Program-made: the position numbers and the translations under genes
Source of the DNA: Pseudomonadota bacterium
Lineage (GTDB): Bacteria > Pseudomonadota > Gammaproteobacteria > Burkholderiales > SG8-39
Direction: 5' to 3'
NCBI GenBank assembly: GCA_031376265.1
Contig: JANMDK010000353.1
Coordinates: 16,193 to 80,192, forward strand
Length of the DNA: 64,000 bases
The notes under the pieces: generated by a model
What the model was told of the DNA's origin: nothing
Database searches by the model: none
What the model saw: only the letters and a program-made list of their open reading frames with translations
Shown here: one piece after another, positions 62,968-64,000 of the stretch
Position numbering within the stretch: position 1 is the stretch's first letter
Layout of the letters: the number at the start of each line of letters is the position of its first letter

Positions 62968-64000
62968 ATGGAAAACCCCACTGCCTACCCGACCATCCGG
63001 GTCGCGCTGACCGTCTGGGGTCTGGGCGCGATGCTCTACCTCATCGGTTTCTTCCAGCGAGTCGCACCGGCTGTGTTGACGCAGGAGCTGATGGCGGAAT
63101 TCGCGCTGACCGCAGTTGCGCTCGGCAACTTGTCCGCCTTGTACTTTTACGCCTATGTCGCGATCCAGATCCCCACGGGGGTGCTCGTCGATCACTGGGG
63201 GCCGCGCCGGGTGCTGACCGCAGGTGCACTGCTTGCCGGCGCCGGCACGTTGCTCTTCGCACTCGCGTCCGCCTACGCGGTGGTCGGCGCAGGGCGCTTA
63301 CTGATCGGCGCCGGCGTCGGTGTCGCTTTCGTCTCGATGCTCAAGCTTGCGACGCACTGGGTGAAGCCCTCGCGCTTTGCGCTGATTTCGGGACTTGCGC
63401 TTGCCTGCGGCAGCATCGGCGGCGTTTCCGCCGGCGTGCCCCTGCGGCTGGCCGTGGACGCGTTCGGCTGGCGACCGGTCATGCTCGCGGCGGGACTGTT
63501 CACCGCGCTCCTCGCAATCGCGACCTGGATCGTTGTGCGCGACGATCCGCGCGAGCGCGGGCTTCGCAGCTTCTCCACCATCGCGCCTTCGGCTGTCCCG
63601 CATCATTCGATGCTGGGCGGCATCCGCGAAGTCTTTCGCTACCGAAACGTCTGGCTCAACTTCATCGGCTGCGGCGCGATTACCGGGCCGATGCTGGCGT
63701 TCGGCGGGCTGTGGGGCGTGCCTTTCCTTGTGGCGCACTACGGCCTTTCTACAGCGCAGGCGGCCTTCGTCACCTCGATCATGCTCGTGGCCTGGGCGTT
63801 CGGCAGCCCGATGGCCGGCGCGCTTTCGGACCGGATGCACAGGCGGAAGCTGCCGATCCTCGTTGGCGGTGGCGTTGCCGCAGTCCTCTGGGGCGTGCTG
63901 ATCTACGTCCCCGGCCTGCCCTATGCGGTGCTGATCGCGCTCATGGTCGGGCTCGGCCTTTCTTCGGGCGTCGTGGTGATCGGATTCGCCTTTTGCAAGG
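62968..64000 (+). CDS. MFS transporter, N-terminal part (3' end outside window)
   Basis: Hand translation from ATG 62968 gives MENPTAYPTIRVALTVWGLGAMLYLIGFFQRVAPAVLTQELM...DHWGPRRVLTAGALLAGAG, with MFS-like TM helices and the GPRR loop. The frame is open to the window end. Confidence 0.8.
   Translation, partial: MENPTAYPTIRVALTVWGLGAMLYLIGFFQRVAPAVLTQELMAEFALTAVALGNLSALYFYAYVAIQIPTGVLVDHWGPRRVLTAGALLAGAGTLLFALASAYAVVGAGRLLIGAGVGVAFVSMLKLATHWVKPSRFALISGLALACGSIGGVSAGVPLRLAVDAFGWRPVMLAAGLFTALLAIATWIVVRDDPRERGLRSFSTIAPSAVPHHSMLGGIREVFRYRNVWLNFIGCGAITGPMLAFGGLWGVPFLVAHYGLSTAQAAFVTSIMLVAWAFGSPMAGALSDRMHRRKLPILVGGGVAAVLWGVLIYVPGLPYAVLIALMVGLGLSSGVVVIGFAFCK

Overview
A GC-rich chromosome segment with betaproteobacterial gene order, covering the neighbourhood of the replication origin. 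Core genes diverge at the rpmH|dnaA gap (38840-39031). To the left, on the minus strand, lie rpmH-rnpA-yidD-yidC-mnmE and, further left, mnmG-rsmG-parA-parB-atpIBEFHAGDC. To the right, on the plus strand, lie dnaA-dnaN-gyrB, with no recF between them. Further right is the conserved block topB-smg-dprA-LysM (minus) facing def-fmt-rsmB-DUF4390-ntrY-ntrX (plus), followed by a sodium:solute symporter, DUF423 and metH. Metabolic and transport genes are interspersed: Bug/TctC binding proteins, a crotonase, AzlCD, two family III CoA-transferases (one beside a malonyl-CoA decarboxylase, one beside a CitE-like lyase), glpD, an enolase-superfamily enzyme, a TAXI-TRAP transporter, a class III aminotransferase and GTP-PEPCK. 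There is also a large membrane-anchored Hanks-type Ser/Thr kinase. I saw no rRNA, tRNA, CRISPR array, transposase, integrase, phage gene or recognisable defence gene, and I cannot support a large novel multi-gene system here. The observations most worth a second look are small. First, an unassigned terminator/antiterminator leader upstream of metH. Second, a perfect 21-bp hairpin between atpG and atpD. Third, a DnaA-box cluster plus a 12-bp tandem repeat that reiterates the dnaA stop codon in the dnaA-dnaN spacer. Fourth, two self-symmetric parS sites upstream of mnmG. Fifth, an NtrX paralogue whose AAA+ motifs are all degenerate, translationally coupled to a P-loop-less CobW-like miniprotein. 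Sixth, a decapitated Bug gene remnant. Seventh, two convergent gene pairs that share a CTAG as mutual stop codons. The many long ORFs antisense to real genes are GC-driven shadow ORFs.
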